From assembly GCA_965222375.1 (NCBI GenBank), contig CBDCTZ010000015.1:960001-1024000 (forward strand): a DNA stretch of 64,000 nucleotides. The letters are read 5' to 3'. The position numbers were made by a program, and so were the translations under genes. This DNA comes from Polyangiaceae bacterium (lineage in GTDB: Bacteria > Myxococcota_A > Polyangia > Polyangiales > Polyangiaceae). Every line of letters begins with the position of its first letter. The first letter of the stretch is position 1. The notes under the pieces were generated by a model that was not told where the DNA came from, made no database searches, and worked only from the letters and a program-made list of their open reading frames with translations. Below are positions 17,934-28,116 of the stretch, piece by piece.

Positions 17934-19874
17934 TCACTTCTTGCGGCCGGGCAGACGCCCAAAGGTCGCAAGGGTGCGTTCGTGCAGGTCACCGCAGGCT
18001 TCCACGCCCAGGTTATTCTTCTCGAGGGGGTCCGCGGCGACGTCGAAACAGCGGAACCCCGTGTCCCAGGCCCGCGCCTCGAGCTTCATGTTCTTGCGCA
18101 TGTAGCCCCAGTTCTCGAAGGCGCAGCTCCACACGCCGGCGCAGTTCGTCATCGGCAAAGCGCGAGTCGTCAGTTCGGGGCGGAGCAAGCTCGTGCCCAG
18201 CATGCGCTCCTTGTACTTCGCGATCCCGGGTTCGTCCCACAGGCCGAGCAGGTCGATCAGCGTGGGCGCGATGTCGACGTGGAAGACGTAGTCGTCCTTC
18301 TTCTTCCGAAGGTTCTTCTTTTGCGTCTCCGTCAGGATGCCTTTCGGCGCGTGGATCCACATCGGCACGTGGATCTCTTCGTCGAAGACGCTGAAGGTGT
18401 GACCCATCTGGCCGTGCTCACGAAAGGCCTCACCGTGATCGCTCGTGTAGAGGATGATCGTGCGCTTGCCCAGATCGCTGTCTTTGATCCGCTTCAGGAT
18501 CTTCGAAAGGTGCATGTCTTGCTGGTAGACACTGTTCTGATAGTGATTGAAGAACGATCCGTTCTGGTCCGGCGCCTTGCTCGTCGTCGACGGCTGGAAG
18601 GGCTGCGGCATGTCCGGGTCCACGTGATACGGGTAGTGAACGTTCGAGAAATGCACCACGGCGAAGAAAGGCTCCTTGAGCTTGCCGATGTGCTCGTTCA
18701 CATGCGCAGCAAGCAGATCTTCCGGTGCGCCCATGTCCAGATCCGCGGTCGGTTCCAGTTCCGTCGCGCTGATGAACTGGCTCACGGCCAGGTTCTTGAT
18801 CCATAGCCGGGCATTGCCAAACAGCATGTTTTGGCTGGTCCAATACGCCGTGTCGTAGCCTGCTGCTTGGGCGTAGTCGTAGACCAAAGGCCACGTATGC
18901 AGAGTGTCTCGGTCTTCATGAGGCCCAAGCCCGGACCAAGTCACCGCCAACGAAATGGCCGTGCAAGACGCCATGGACCGCATCTGCGAGAAAGCAAAGC
19001 GGTCCGGCAGCATACGGTTGGTCGTCCCCGTTCGCTCACACTCTGGATCGTATTCGTTGCACGTCGCGTCTTCTCGGACGCTCTCGAGCAATACATAGAC
19101 GACATTGCGCTTCGGGCCGGGGGCGATCGTCAGCGGGGGTACAGGCAGCGACTCTCGCGCCCGCGGGCGCATCTGATTGGATTGGTCCGTCAACCCGAGC
19201 TGCGTCCGGATCAGGCCACCCACCGCGTGCAGGTAGAGCACATCGGGTGTGCTGGCCTGGATGTGGCGATGCTGCGTCGGGATGAAGAACGACCCCAACA
19301 GCACCAGCGGCGCCAATACACAGGCGACCTGGGCACGAAAGCGCAGCGGCCGTACGAGGCGCCGACCGAGGAAGATCAAGCCGATGGCAACGACGAAAGG
19401 CGGAGCCTTGGCCCACAGGTAGTTGCCGATATCCGCGAACAGCTGGTTGATGATGCTATCCGTGAAGTTCGACGCGAACAGCGAGACGTCGACGTTGAGG
19501 TAAGCGTTGTACTGGTCGAAGAAGTACTTCTGCCCACCGAAAGCGAAGGTAGCCGCGAACACGAAGAGCACGGCAGCAACCCAACGCATGGCACCACGGC
19601 GACGGCTGGCTGCGTACAGGAGCAGGCCCCAAACGGCGACGCTTTCGACAATCGCGCCGACATAGGTCCAGCGATAAACGCCCTCCAATTGCATCAAGCG
19701 GTCCGAGCGACGCCCGAAATCGAGCACCACGACCGCCACGGCGGGCACCAGCAAGAGCGCCACACCGAGCGCCTTGCGCAGCAGCCGCGCGCGCTCCCGC
19801 TTCGACCGCACGGCGTCCGGAGGCGCACTCGGCGTCTCGGATTCCAGGCTCAAATCGACATCGGCATTCTGCAC
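17934..19874 (-). CDS. Membrane-anchored sulfatase-like / LTA-synthase family transferase
   Basis: About five N-terminal TM segments; VLLESVR, SCTAIS, HYPY, TSDHGE, HVDIAPTLIDLLG. Confidence 0.8.
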   Translation of the reverse strand: MQNADVDLSLESETPSAPPDAVRSKRERARLLRKALGVALLLVPAVAVVVLDFGRRSDRLMQLEGVYRWTYVGAIVESVAVWGLLLYAASRRRGAMRWVAAVLFVFAATFAFGGQKYFFDQYNAYLNVDVSLFASNFTDSIINQLFADIGNYLWAKAPPFVVAIGLIFLGRRLVRPLRFRAQVACVLAPLVLLGSFFIPTQHRHIQASTPDVLYLHAVGGLIRTQLGLTDQSNQMRPRARESLPVPPLTIAPGPKRNVVYVLLESVREDATCNEYDPECERTGTTNRMLPDRFAFSQMRSMASCTAISLAVTWSGLGPHEDRDTLHTWPLVYDYAQAAGYDTAYWTSQNMLFGNARLWIKNLAVSQFISATELEPTADLDMGAPEDLLAAHVNEHIGKLKEPFFAVVHFSNVHYPYHVDPDMPQPFQPSTTSKAPDQNGSFFNHYQNSVYQQDMHLSKILKRIKDSDLGKRTIILYTSDHGEAFREHGQMGHTFSVFDEEIHVPMWIHAPKGILTETQKKNLRKKKDDYVFHVDIAPTLIDLLGLWDEPGIAKYKERMLGTSLLRPELTTRALPMTNCAGVWSCAFENWGYMRKNMKLEARAWDTGFRCFDVAADPLEKNNLGVEACGDLHERTLATFGRLPGRKK

Positions 19875-20045
19875 GAAGGGCTTCTTTTAGCTCGCGAGGG
19901 CCACCAGGACCAGTTGGTTGGTTGGGGTCGGGGCAGTGTGGCGAAACTAGGGCACTAATCCCGCGTTGGCCCCATGAGTCGCCCAACGTTGGCTCCTGAG
20001 CTGGCCAAATCGGGCGCGACGGTGCACTATTGCGGTGGGTGATCC

Positions 20046-20486
20046 ATGGGTGAGGACGACAAGAAGGTCATTCTCGCGCGACGCGCGCGGATGGTGGCAG
20101 CGGCGCTCGCGAGTGCCGGGCTAGTAGCGGCGGCGCCGGGCTGCGGCAGTGATTCCGATGACGGCGGTGGCGGCACGACCGCGACCGGCGGCTCGGCGGG
20201 CAGCGGCGGCACAGCTGGGACAGGCGGAACCTCGGGAAGCGGCGGCACCTCCGGTAGCGGTGGCAGCGCGGGCGCGGGAGGCTCGGCAGGTAGCGGTGGT
20301 AGTGCAGGTGCGGGCGGCTCCGCGGGCAGCGGCGGATCCGGCGGCCTCGACGCCGGCACGGACGCCAAAGGCGACGGACCCCAGGTTTGCCTATCGCCTC
20401 CTCCACTCGACGCGAGCCCCGACGTCAAAAAGGACGGACCCCAGGTCTGCCTATCCCTCCCACCTCCGGATTCGGGCAAGGGCTGA
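20046..20486 (+). CDS. Small Gly-linker lipoprotein with repeated GPQVCLSxPP motif
   Basis: ILARRARMVAAALA leader, AAPGC lipobox, Gly/Ser tether, two DGPQVCLS(P/L)PP repeats. Confidence 0.75.
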   Translation: MGEDDKKVILARRARMVAAALASAGLVAAAPGCGSDSDDGGGGTTATGGSAGSGGTAGTGGTSGSGGTSGSGGSAGAGGSAGSGGSAGAGGSAGSGGSGGLDAGTDAKGDGPQVCLSPPPLDASPDVKKDGPQVCLSLPPPDSGKG

Positions 20487-20532
20487 AGGAGACCGCTCGC
20501 ACAGCCGCTGAGAACGCCAGCACACCTCGCTA

Positions 20533-21237
20533 TCACGGGACTGCGGGGCGGATCTGGGCGCAGACTTTGAAGCGCGAACCGAAGGTCAGTGGGATCTCAC
20601 CCGCGGCGCCGTCCAGCATACTCAACTTGGTCACGCCAACCTGTCCGCTCAGGGTGACGTTCACGCAGGCGTCTTGGCCAAACTCCCCAAGCAAGACGCC
20701 ATCAGTGCAACACGGTTGCCACACCCAGTCGCAGCGACCTGTCCCTGACACGAAATCGTAAGCGCACTCGCCGGGTTCGTCGGCGACCACGAGGCCGCCA
20801 GCACTCGCTGGCTCGACGGCAAAGTCCGCCTCGAGCTGACCGCCAGAGCCGTCTTGGGGCAGGTCCGCAATCACTGCCAGGTGCGCACCGTCGCACTCCG
20901 CACCCGCCTGAACGGCGACGACTACTTCCCCGGAGCGACGGATGTCGGGGCTCGGATTTGCGCTTTCCGAGTCGGGAAAGTCGTAGCGATACCAACTAGC
21001 TCCGCAGCGACTGTTGGGTACAGGTGCAATGCTTCGACCATCCAAGAAGAAGCAAGCAATGCCGTCGTCTACGGCGCCATCGCAATCGTCGTCGAGACCG
21101 TTGCAGGTCTCCGCTGTGGGCGTGCAGCACGGGCCCGCATCGGGATCGCATTCGATGACCTTGAGCCCGGTCTTGGAGCCGCAGGAGGCCGAGAACAATC
21201 CCACCAGACCAAGAAAAAGCCAAGAACCGCTCCGCAC
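20533..21237 (-). CDS. Cys-rich lipoprotein with ETCNGLDDDCDG metal-binding motif
   Basis: Lipobox FSASC; myxobacterial ExCNGxDDDCDG motif. Confidence 0.7.
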   Translation of the reverse strand: MRSGSWLFLGLVGLFSASCGSKTGLKVIECDPDAGPCCTPTAETCNGLDDDCDGAVDDGIACFFLDGRSIAPVPNSRCGASWYRYDFPDSESANPSPDIRRSGEVVVAVQAGAECDGAHLAVIADLPQDGSGGQLEADFAVEPASAGGLVVADEPGECAYDFVSGTGRCDWVWQPCCTDGVLLGEFGQDACVNVTLSGQVGVTKLSMLDGAAGEIPLTFGSRFKVCAQIRPAVP

Positions 21238-21279
21238 GCGAGCAGGCTACCACGCGCCTGCCCGCGGGGGCGGGCGTGG

Positions 21280-22386
21280 TCAACGGGTTGCGTTGAAGCG
21301 CCGGCTCATTCGCTCCTGATAGTCGCGCGCCAGGCGCCGCACGGTGCGATGCTGTTCAGGCGTCTTGGTTGCAGCGGCCAGAGCCTCCAGCGCTTCCGGG
21401 GAGTCGACCGATGACTCGGGCTCCGGGGGCATCGCGGCGAAGCTCTTGGCGCCGTCGATGAAGTCCGAAAAGGCGAGGATCTGCATGTTGGCGGGCGCGC
21501 CTTGATACGTCGTCGTGTCAAAGGTGTAGCTCGACCCCGCCGCCAGAGTATCGAGATGCACGTCGCCCAACCTATCCGGAACGAGACCGTCGGCTCCAAC
21601 CGGGTACACGTCAATTCGGATGTTGTAGATGGTCGCAACGGCCGTGAGGGAGCCCGTGGCAGCCCAATACCCGCTGCCACTTCCGTATTTCTCGCTCAGC
21701 ATGACGTTTGAAAACTTTGGAGCGGAAGGATGCAGCGGAACTGTGTCCTTCGCACTTCCATCGATTTCGAAGGTGATGTTCGCGATTCCATTCGTTGATA
21801 TGGGCGCGTTGGAAAAACCGTTCGAAAACAGTCCACCCACCGTGCCCGGTTGAAGGCAAGACGCCGGTAGGGAGCTGCTAGACAGCATGTGTGGCGGGCC
21901 GTCGGCGAACGACAAATGCGCTCCCACCTCTGCACCTGCCGCGTCGAAGAACTTCGCGGTCACCTTTGCGAAACACACGACTTTCGCAGTGCCGTTGTAG
22001 AGCAAGCCGGTCCATCGCTGGTAGTACTGGCTGCCCGAAGCCTCGTCGGAGAAATTCGAACTCACCACCGTCAGGCCTTCCAGCCCGGAGCTGGTGCTTT
22101 CGGCGACAGCAGCCCCAGGGGTGTTCGAAACGTACGTTGGCGGCCCACCAGAACTGCCACCGGAGCTGCCATCAGCGCCGCCAGCGTCTGCTCCACCTGC
22201 TCCGCTTCCGCCACTTCCTCCTATCGCGCTGCCAGCGCTACCGCCGAAGCTGAAACCACCACTGCCACTGGTGCCACCGGCACCTGGGCCGGGATTGTCG
22301 CCGCCGCCTGCACTGCTACAGCCCGCGAGCGCGCCGCTCGCAAGACACACCACGCCTACCGCAATCCATGAATTTCGATCCATCAC
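21280..22386 (-). CDS. Gly-linker lipoprotein, hypothetical
   Basis: Lipobox ALAGC, Gly/Ser linker, beta-rich C-terminal region. Confidence 0.7.
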   Translation of the reverse strand: MMDRNSWIAVGVVCLASGALAGCSSAGGGDNPGPGAGGTSGSGGFSFGGSAGSAIGGSGGSGAGGADAGGADGSSGGSSGGPPTYVSNTPGAAVAESTSSGLEGLTVVSSNFSDEASGSQYYQRWTGLLYNGTAKVVCFAKVTAKFFDAAGAEVGAHLSFADGPPHMLSSSSLPASCLQPGTVGGLFSNGFSNAPISTNGIANITFEIDGSAKDTVPLHPSAPKFSNVMLSEKYGSGSGYWAATGSLTAVATIYNIRIDVYPVGADGLVPDRLGDVHLDTLAAGSSYTFDTTTYQGAPANMQILAFSDFIDGAKSFAAMPPEPESSVDSPEALEALAAATKTPEQHRTVRRLARDYQERMSRRFNATR

Positions 22387-22692
22387 GTCCTCCTTGTCGG
22401 GTCACGAACGCAATGCAACGCGCACCGCGGTCTCCCGTGCCCTACCCTTCGGACAGTTCCCTGAGGCAGTTGTCAGTTTTGTTGCGCCCGGGTCGTGGCT
22501 GAAGCGCCCAGGGCCGGCTCGGCGTGAAAGTAGTGGCTCGGGATGAGCCGCACCCCGTCGGGTATCGCGAAGTGCGTCGAACCGACCCCAACCAAACCCG
22601 ATCCTTTGGGATCTACTCGATCAATGGTGCCGCAACGCTCCACCGAGTCACGCCGCTTGATATTGAGCGCGGAACCTGTGATGAGTCTTGAC

Positions 22693-24120
22693 ATGCGCGC
22701 CTGCGGTTTTGTGCCAGTCGTCCTCGCGCTTGGCGCATGCGCCGCGCCACCGGCGCGGCGCGCGATTGAAGTCACTGCCACTCCTTCGACAACACAGGGC
22801 GCACCCGCCGCCACGATTGCTCCCACATCCCTCCCGTCGCAACGTCTTTCCCGCTGGATCGCTTCAGACGGGTTCATCAAAGTGAGCGGGAACAAGTCCG
22901 GTTCCGTCGTCAATGGGCGTCGCATCCTCCGCCACGATCAGCAGGCGACCGTGATCGACAAGAACCCGATAGACGATCTCGGCCACGCGCATCGGATCCC
23001 GGAAGCGCTGGGTGGCGGCTGGCTCTTTTTGGGGGCGCATAGCGGACGGTTCTCCTCAAGCTTTAGTGGTCCGCTGGCCGCCGGGTTCACCACCCCCAAG
23101 AATGGCAGCCGACGGGTCCGTGTAGGAATCGGTCGAAAGCAGGTTTTGGTCACGTCACCACCGAGCGCACCGGTGCTCTACGCCCTGCCGTCTGGCGCAG
23201 TCGCGCCACTTCCCGTGAAGGGTACGGTTGAGCTCTTCGGTACTCCAAAGGGTCTCGTGGCGCTGCGAACGGGCAGGGCGCGCTGCACTCCTCGATTTCC
23301 GCTGGCGCGCCTTGGAGACAATTGCTCAAATCCAGCGTCGAGGGTCTGGCCGACGACGGCAAGGGCATCGTGGTGCGAACGAGAGGCGGTGAGTCTCGAC
23401 TTGGCTTCGACGGTCGCCTGTCGCCCAAGCCGCAGGAGCCGGGGTTGATCGTTTCGGACAACGTGAGCGCGTTCGTGGAGCCGTGGCCTGACCTCACGCA
23501 GCCCCCTCCTCCTCGCCCGGCAGCCGACTCGCTACTGGAACCGCTGGTAGTGCTGATGACCGAGCGGATTGCACTTCGCGTAGAAGCAACGGACTTGCTC
23601 CTTCTCGACGCGCGAACTGGCAAAGTGATCGAGAGGAAAGCGAACTACTTCCGGGGACACGAGAACTGCTTCCCCATTCGAGGCGGCTCGCCTGCGTTCG
23701 TGGGTTGCAACGGAAAGACCGAGATGACGCTCTTCCGCATCGATGGTTCCGCTGGCAGGCTCACGCGCACGCACAAGGCGCCAGGCCAAGTGGGCCGCTG
23801 ACGGGATCCGCTGGGACGCGCTGACTGTCGACAAGGGCACGCTCCGCTTCTTGATCGCCGGTAGCGCTCCAGGAGTGCTCGAGATCCACGCGGATGACAC
23901 CGTGCGAACCAAGCGACTGCAGGGTCGCCTAGCTGCCGCTGGGTCCCGCGCTTGGCTCGTAGGTCGCGAGGGCACCGTGCAAGAAACCCTCGATGCAGGA
24001 AAGAGCTTTCACGAGATCGTTCCGCCTCCCGGGGGCGCGCCCCAGAAGGGACTCGCGCGATGCGTGGCAACAGGCTGCACTCTGGGGCCTTGGCACCGCG
24101 TTGGTTGGGGTCCCGACTGA
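22693..24120 (+). pseudogene. Disrupted lipoprotein gene related to the 10593-13667 family
   Basis: Three consecutive frames; lipobox LALGAC; RIPEALGGGWLF matches ELPARLGGGFLF; C-terminal CVATGCTLGPWHRVGWG matches CTRAGCAFGAWLRVGY; frame breaks near 23268 and 23770-23800. Confidence 0.6.
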
Positions 24121-24269
24121 CCCCCCTCGGCCCGGATCGAGAGTAGCGGCCCAAGGCGCACGCGCGAACCGACCCCAAACCAAATTCAAAGCTCGTGTCA
24201 TGCAGCGTCAACGCCCCACTCCGCGGTGTGGGTATTCTGAACCCAAACGCTGAGGGCAGAACCAAGCGC

Positions 24270-25079
24270 TCAGAGATCCGTGAGCCAGTTGGTGATGAAG
24301 TAGTTGGCGATCAAGATCGCCACGGCGCTCTGCACGACGGCACGGGTGGTGGCAGTGCCGACGCCGCGGGCGCCGCCGCTGGCGAAGAAGCCTTGGCGAC
24401 AAGAGATGGCGCTGATCAAGAAGCCGAAGACGCAGGCTTTGATCTCGCCCATCCAGAAGTCCTTCAGCTGCATGCTCTTCTCGATGTTCGAGAGGAAAAT
24501 ACCCGGGTCCACGCTGAGCCACTGAACCGCTACCACATAGGCGCCAGCCATGCCGACGCAGCTGTAGAGCACACACAGCAGTGGAGCCATCAGCACCGTC
24601 GCCACCATTCGCGGTGAAAGCAGATACTGCACAGGGCTCACGCCCATGGTGACGAGGGCGTCGATCTGCTCCGTGACGCGCATATTGCCAAGCTCCGCTG
24701 CCATGGAGCTTCCAGCGCGAGCAGTCACCATGAGGGCAGAGAAGACCGGAGCGATCTCCCGCGCTAGAGAGATCGCCACGATCGCTCCCACCATTCCCTC
24801 CGCGGAGAACTGACGTAGGCTGTGCACCGTCTGCAGTGCCAGCACCATGCCGCTGAAGACCCCCGTCAGCGAAACGATGAATACGGATTGCACACCCACG
24901 AAGTCCATGGCGATGAACAGCTGCCCGATGCGATACGGTGGGCGGATGGTCCAGCTGAGCGTTCGTGCCGTGAGGATCAGGGCTTGCCCGAAGCCTTCGA
25001 ATACGGAAAGAGGCGCATCGAAGATCGCGCTGAGGGCGCGCTGCGATGTGCTGGGCAGTTCCTGATTCGCTTCAGACAC
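24270..25079 (-). CDS. mlaE: MlaE-family ABC transporter permease
   Basis: REIAPVFSALMVTARAGSSMAAELGNMRVTEQIDAL; GARGVGTATTRAVV; start GTG 25079 inferred. Confidence 0.9.
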   Translation of the reverse strand: MSEANQELPSTSQRALSAIFDAPLSVFEGFGQALILTARTLSWTIRPPYRIGQLFIAMDFVGVQSVFIVSLTGVFSGMVLALQTVHSLRQFSAEGMVGAIVAISLAREIAPVFSALMVTARAGSSMAAELGNMRVTEQIDALVTMGVSPVQYLLSPRMVATVLMAPLLCVLYSCVGMAGAYVVAVQWLSVDPGIFLSNIEKSMQLKDFWMGEIKACVFGFLISAISCRQGFFASGGARGVGTATTRAVVQSAVAILIANYFITNWLTDL

Positions 25080-25155
25080 GCTCAATTTCCCGCGGGAGTA
25101 TGACGGAAAGCCGCGCGTCGGCCTACAATCGGACAAGCAGCGGGAAAAACGGCAG

Positions 25156-25713
25156 TCAAGGGCGCCTTTTCTCGTAGCGAACTGCGGGGCGCTCCTCGAG
25201 GTCGGTGGTGGCTCCGCCACGTTCGTGACCGATCACCTTGATGACGATGGGTGCGTCGAGGTCGAACTGTTCGCTAGAGCGAAGCTGGAATCGATAGCCG
25301 CGGAGGTAGCTGAATACCCCGTGGCCTTCGCCGCGAAGGTTGAGATACACGCCGAGTTCGTGGTTACCCGGGGCTAGATCGGTCTCTGAGACCACAAAGC
25401 GTTGTCGCGCCACCCACTTGGGGTCGTTGGAGTCGAAGACCAGCTCTCCGTCCAGGGCGAACGCGGCGCCCACCAGCACGAAGCCCTTGCCCATCGAGTG
25501 TTCGTATTCGACGCGCACGGTGTGGCTGAACGGACTCTTCTGCACGCATCCACGGGCGGGGTCGTAGGCGGCTTCACCGGGACAATGAATCGTGGTGGGT
25601 TGCTTCTTGGTGGCCACCTTCGGGCTGGGCGGTTCAAAGCGTGCCGCCGGCGTCGAGCTTCCGCAGCCGAGTAGCAACACGGCGGCTACGAGGCTGGGTT
25701 TGCGACAAAGCAT
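25156..25713 (-). CDS. Conserved myxobacterial lipoprotein, hypothetical
   Basis: Lipobox LLLGC; beta-sandwich-like C-terminal domain GHGVFSYLRGYRF. Confidence 0.6.
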   Translation of the reverse strand: MLCRKPSLVAAVLLLGCGSSTPAARFEPPSPKVATKKQPTTIHCPGEAAYDPARGCVQKSPFSHTVRVEYEHSMGKGFVLVGAAFALDGELVFDSNDPKWVARQRFVVSETDLAPGNHELGVYLNLRGEGHGVFSYLRGYRFQLRSSEQFDLDAPIVIKVIGHERGGATTDLEERPAVRYEKRRP

Positions 25714-25762
25714 GGCGCAGCGTAGCGCGTCCTGCGCGCTGGGGGAGAGCGGGAGGCCTAGG

Positions 25763-26227
25763 CTAGGGCGAGGCCTGGGTCAGTCGGGTCAGGATTTGCT
25801 TGCTGCGCGGCCCCGTCGAGTTCAGCACGACCTTGCGTGGGTCGGTCGAGAACTCGAGCATGACCGCATCACCACCCAGGTGCTCCACCCACGGAGTGCC
25901 CCATTCGACGACGACGAGCTGTCCTTCATCGCGGCGCTCCAACAGACCCAGCTCTTGCACCTCCCGGGCTTTTTCGAGGCGGTAGAGATCCGCGTGCAGC
26001 ATGGGTGGCCGAGTGGCGTGTTCGTTCACGAGGGCGAAAGTGGGGCTCGTCACGCGGATACGACTCGAGAGCCCCAGGGCGCGACACAGGGCACGCGTGA
26101 AGAACGTTTTGCCGGCACCGAGCTCGCCACTGAGGATCAACAGGTCGCCGGCCTTCAGCATCGGCGCCAGCCGGGCCGCGAGGCGAGTCGTGGCGCGGCG
26201 TGTAGGTAAGTCGAGGCTCAGGTTCAC
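25763..26227 (-). CDS. tsaE: tRNA t6A biosynthesis ATPase TsaE
   Basis: LSGELGAGKTFF, VTSPTF, HADLYRL, VVEWG. Confidence 0.93.
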   Translation of the reverse strand: MNLSLDLPTRRATTRLAARLAPMLKAGDLLILSGELGAGKTFFTRALCRALGLSSRIRVTSPTFALVNEHATRPPMLHADLYRLEKAREVQELGLLERRDEGQLVVVEWGTPWVEHLGGDAVMLEFSTDPRKVVLNSTGPRSKQILTRLTQASP

Positions 26228-28107
26228 GGCCCTAGCCCGGGGCTCGTGCGCAAGGAAATGGTCCGATCCAGGGTTCGCTTGCCGGCGAAGCCTCGGGCAC
26301 TGGAGGTGAGCAGATCCGCTTCGGCTCGCAGCAGGCGGTCCCGGGCGATTGCGTGCAGCTTCCGGACCGCGACGCGATCGTCGACCCGCTCGAGGGGCAA
26401 GTCCGCGACGGCACGAGCGGAAAGCGATGCGGCGTCATGGCCGAGGGCGGTGAACCAGGTCAGCTCGAATTCGAGGCCGTTCTTCTTGGACTCTGGCGCG
26501 GCCCTGGAACGCTGCTTCGGATAGCTGCCGCTAGTCACGGAGATGATGCGACGAGACTTCGACAACTGGTCGAAGAGAGTCGCGGATTCGAACCCCAAAC
26601 CGAACAGCGGCGACAGGCCAACCCCGCGTACGTCCCTGACAACCGAGCGCGCGCACTGCGCATCACCCAGCAACAGGATCGTCGCTACCGCGTCCCGCTT
26701 CCAATCCTGGACCGGGAACCTGGAAAAGCCGGCCCGCGTGGTTGAAACGGTGCACGGCACCCCACCCGCGCCAACCACGGCAATTGGAGCGGCCGAGCGA
26801 GCCTTTGCCGCCGCCTCCAAGGCGCTTCTGTCTGCGCCGCGGCCTGGTGCGAGAACAAAGGTGAACGCAAGGGGCTTGCTCGCTTTGATCGGCGCCAGCG
26901 TGATCGTCGGAATCCTCGTGACTTCAGCGTAGCGAGAAGCGATCTGGGCGGATTCTGGGTCAGTTCCGGCCACCAGCACCGTGGCACCATCTCCGGCGAG
27001 CCGGGACAACGCTGACTCCAATTCACCAGGCCCGCCGGCGTGGTCCGCTGTAACCATCCGAACCGACTCGGGGTCTTGCGCGCGCTGGGGAAGCCCGAGC
27101 GCTCGGGCCATGCCCCGGGCCACCTCGGCCGAACGCTTCGAACTGGCTACATCGTGGGTTGTCAGCACCAGACCCACCTGTCTTCCGAGCACTCTGGGGC
27201 GCACTTCGCCCCGGGCGGCCAGTCGGGCCAGGTCGGCTGCGCGCTGGCCCCGCTTTACGGACCGCACGCCCGAGTCGACCAGCCGGCGTGCCAGCTTCGC
27301 GTCATCGCGCTCCAGTGCCTCGCGGACTAGGCGGTCCACGATCGCTTTCGTCAACCACTCGCGAACTTCTGCCCGCGGTGAACCCTCCCCGTACTTTTCT
27401 TGTTGAGCCAGCAGTCGGCCCAACGCGTCCTCGAGCGCCGGCGCGCTGAGTCTTGCCAAGAATGACCTTGCCCGCTGTTGCACCGCATCGCGATCTTCCG
27501 GTGCAGCGGCGGCAAGCCAGGCCAAGATGAACCCGACGCTCGCGCGGGGTTGACGTGCGGCGAGCGCTGCTTGCACGCGAAGCTCTCCGAGCAAAAGGCG
27601 TTCTTCATCGTCTACAATCTTGTTCACGAGAGGCTTGAGCAAAGCGAGCGCACCCTTGGCGTCCCCGCGGCGCAAGACGATCGCCGCCTCAACGACCGTC
27701 GCAAAGTCCCGGGTCGTGCCAGGCGCGCCTTGCCGCACCTGCTGCACGAGAGCGCGCGCAGGCCCGAGGCGACCTTGCTCCACGAGGACCCAGGCCAAGT
27801 AGACCCGCGCCACACGGCTTTTGGGCTCTTGGGGGTACTTCGCAAGGTATCGACGCAGGTCGGGCTCCAGGGTCGTCCGCTTGCCGTCGGCCGCATTGAG
27901 CCACTCGAGCTGAAGCTCCCGGAAGTCCCGTTGCGCGTCCAGGCTCGTGGCTAGGGCGGGGTCGGGAGCATTTGGGTCCTTGTTGCCGCCGCCGCAACCC
28001 ACCGCGATTCCGGTGATCATCAGCGCCGAGCCAAGGCCGCGGCAGCTCGACGCCAACGAACGGCCCCAGAGGGAGCCCTTGGCGTGACGTTCGCGGTATG
28101 GTCGCAC
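26224..28107 (-). CDS. TPR plus periplasmic-binding-fold lipoprotein (LpoA/LppC-like)
   Basis: IAVGC lipobox, helical N-half, QVGLVL...ALGHDAA C-half; GTGA overlap with tsaE; start uncertain. Confidence 0.55.
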   Translation of the reverse strand: MRPYRERHAKGSLWGRSLASSCRGLGSALMITGIAVGCGGGNKDPNAPDPALATSLDAQRDFRELQLEWLNAADGKRTTLEPDLRRYLAKYPQEPKSRVARVYLAWVLVEQGRLGPARALVQQVRQGAPGTTRDFATVVEAAIVLRRGDAKGALALLKPLVNKIVDDEERLLLGELRVQAALAARQPRASVGFILAWLAAAAPEDRDAVQQRARSFLARLSAPALEDALGRLLAQQEKYGEGSPRAEVREWLTKAIVDRLVREALERDDAKLARRLVDSGVRSVKRGQRAADLARLAARGEVRPRVLGRQVGLVLTTHDVASSKRSAEVARGMARALGLPQRAQDPESVRMVTADHAGGPGELESALSRLAGDGATVLVAGTDPESAQIASRYAEVTRIPTITLAPIKASKPLAFTFVLAPGRGADRSALEAAAKARSAAPIAVVGAGGVPCTVSTTRAGFSRFPVQDWKRDAVATILLLGDAQCARSVVRDVRGVGLSPLFGLGFESATLFDQLSKSRRIISVTSGSYPKQRSRAAPESKKNGLEFELTWFTALGHDAASLSARAVADLPLERVDDRVAVRKLHAIARDRLLRAEADLLTSSARGFAGKRTLDRTISLRTSPGLGP

Positions 28108-28116
28108 GAACGAAGC

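Noticed and set aside
23799..23801. In-frame TGA as a second Sec candidate
   Set aside because: Homology continues in a different frame and there is no SECIS-like hairpin at the right distance
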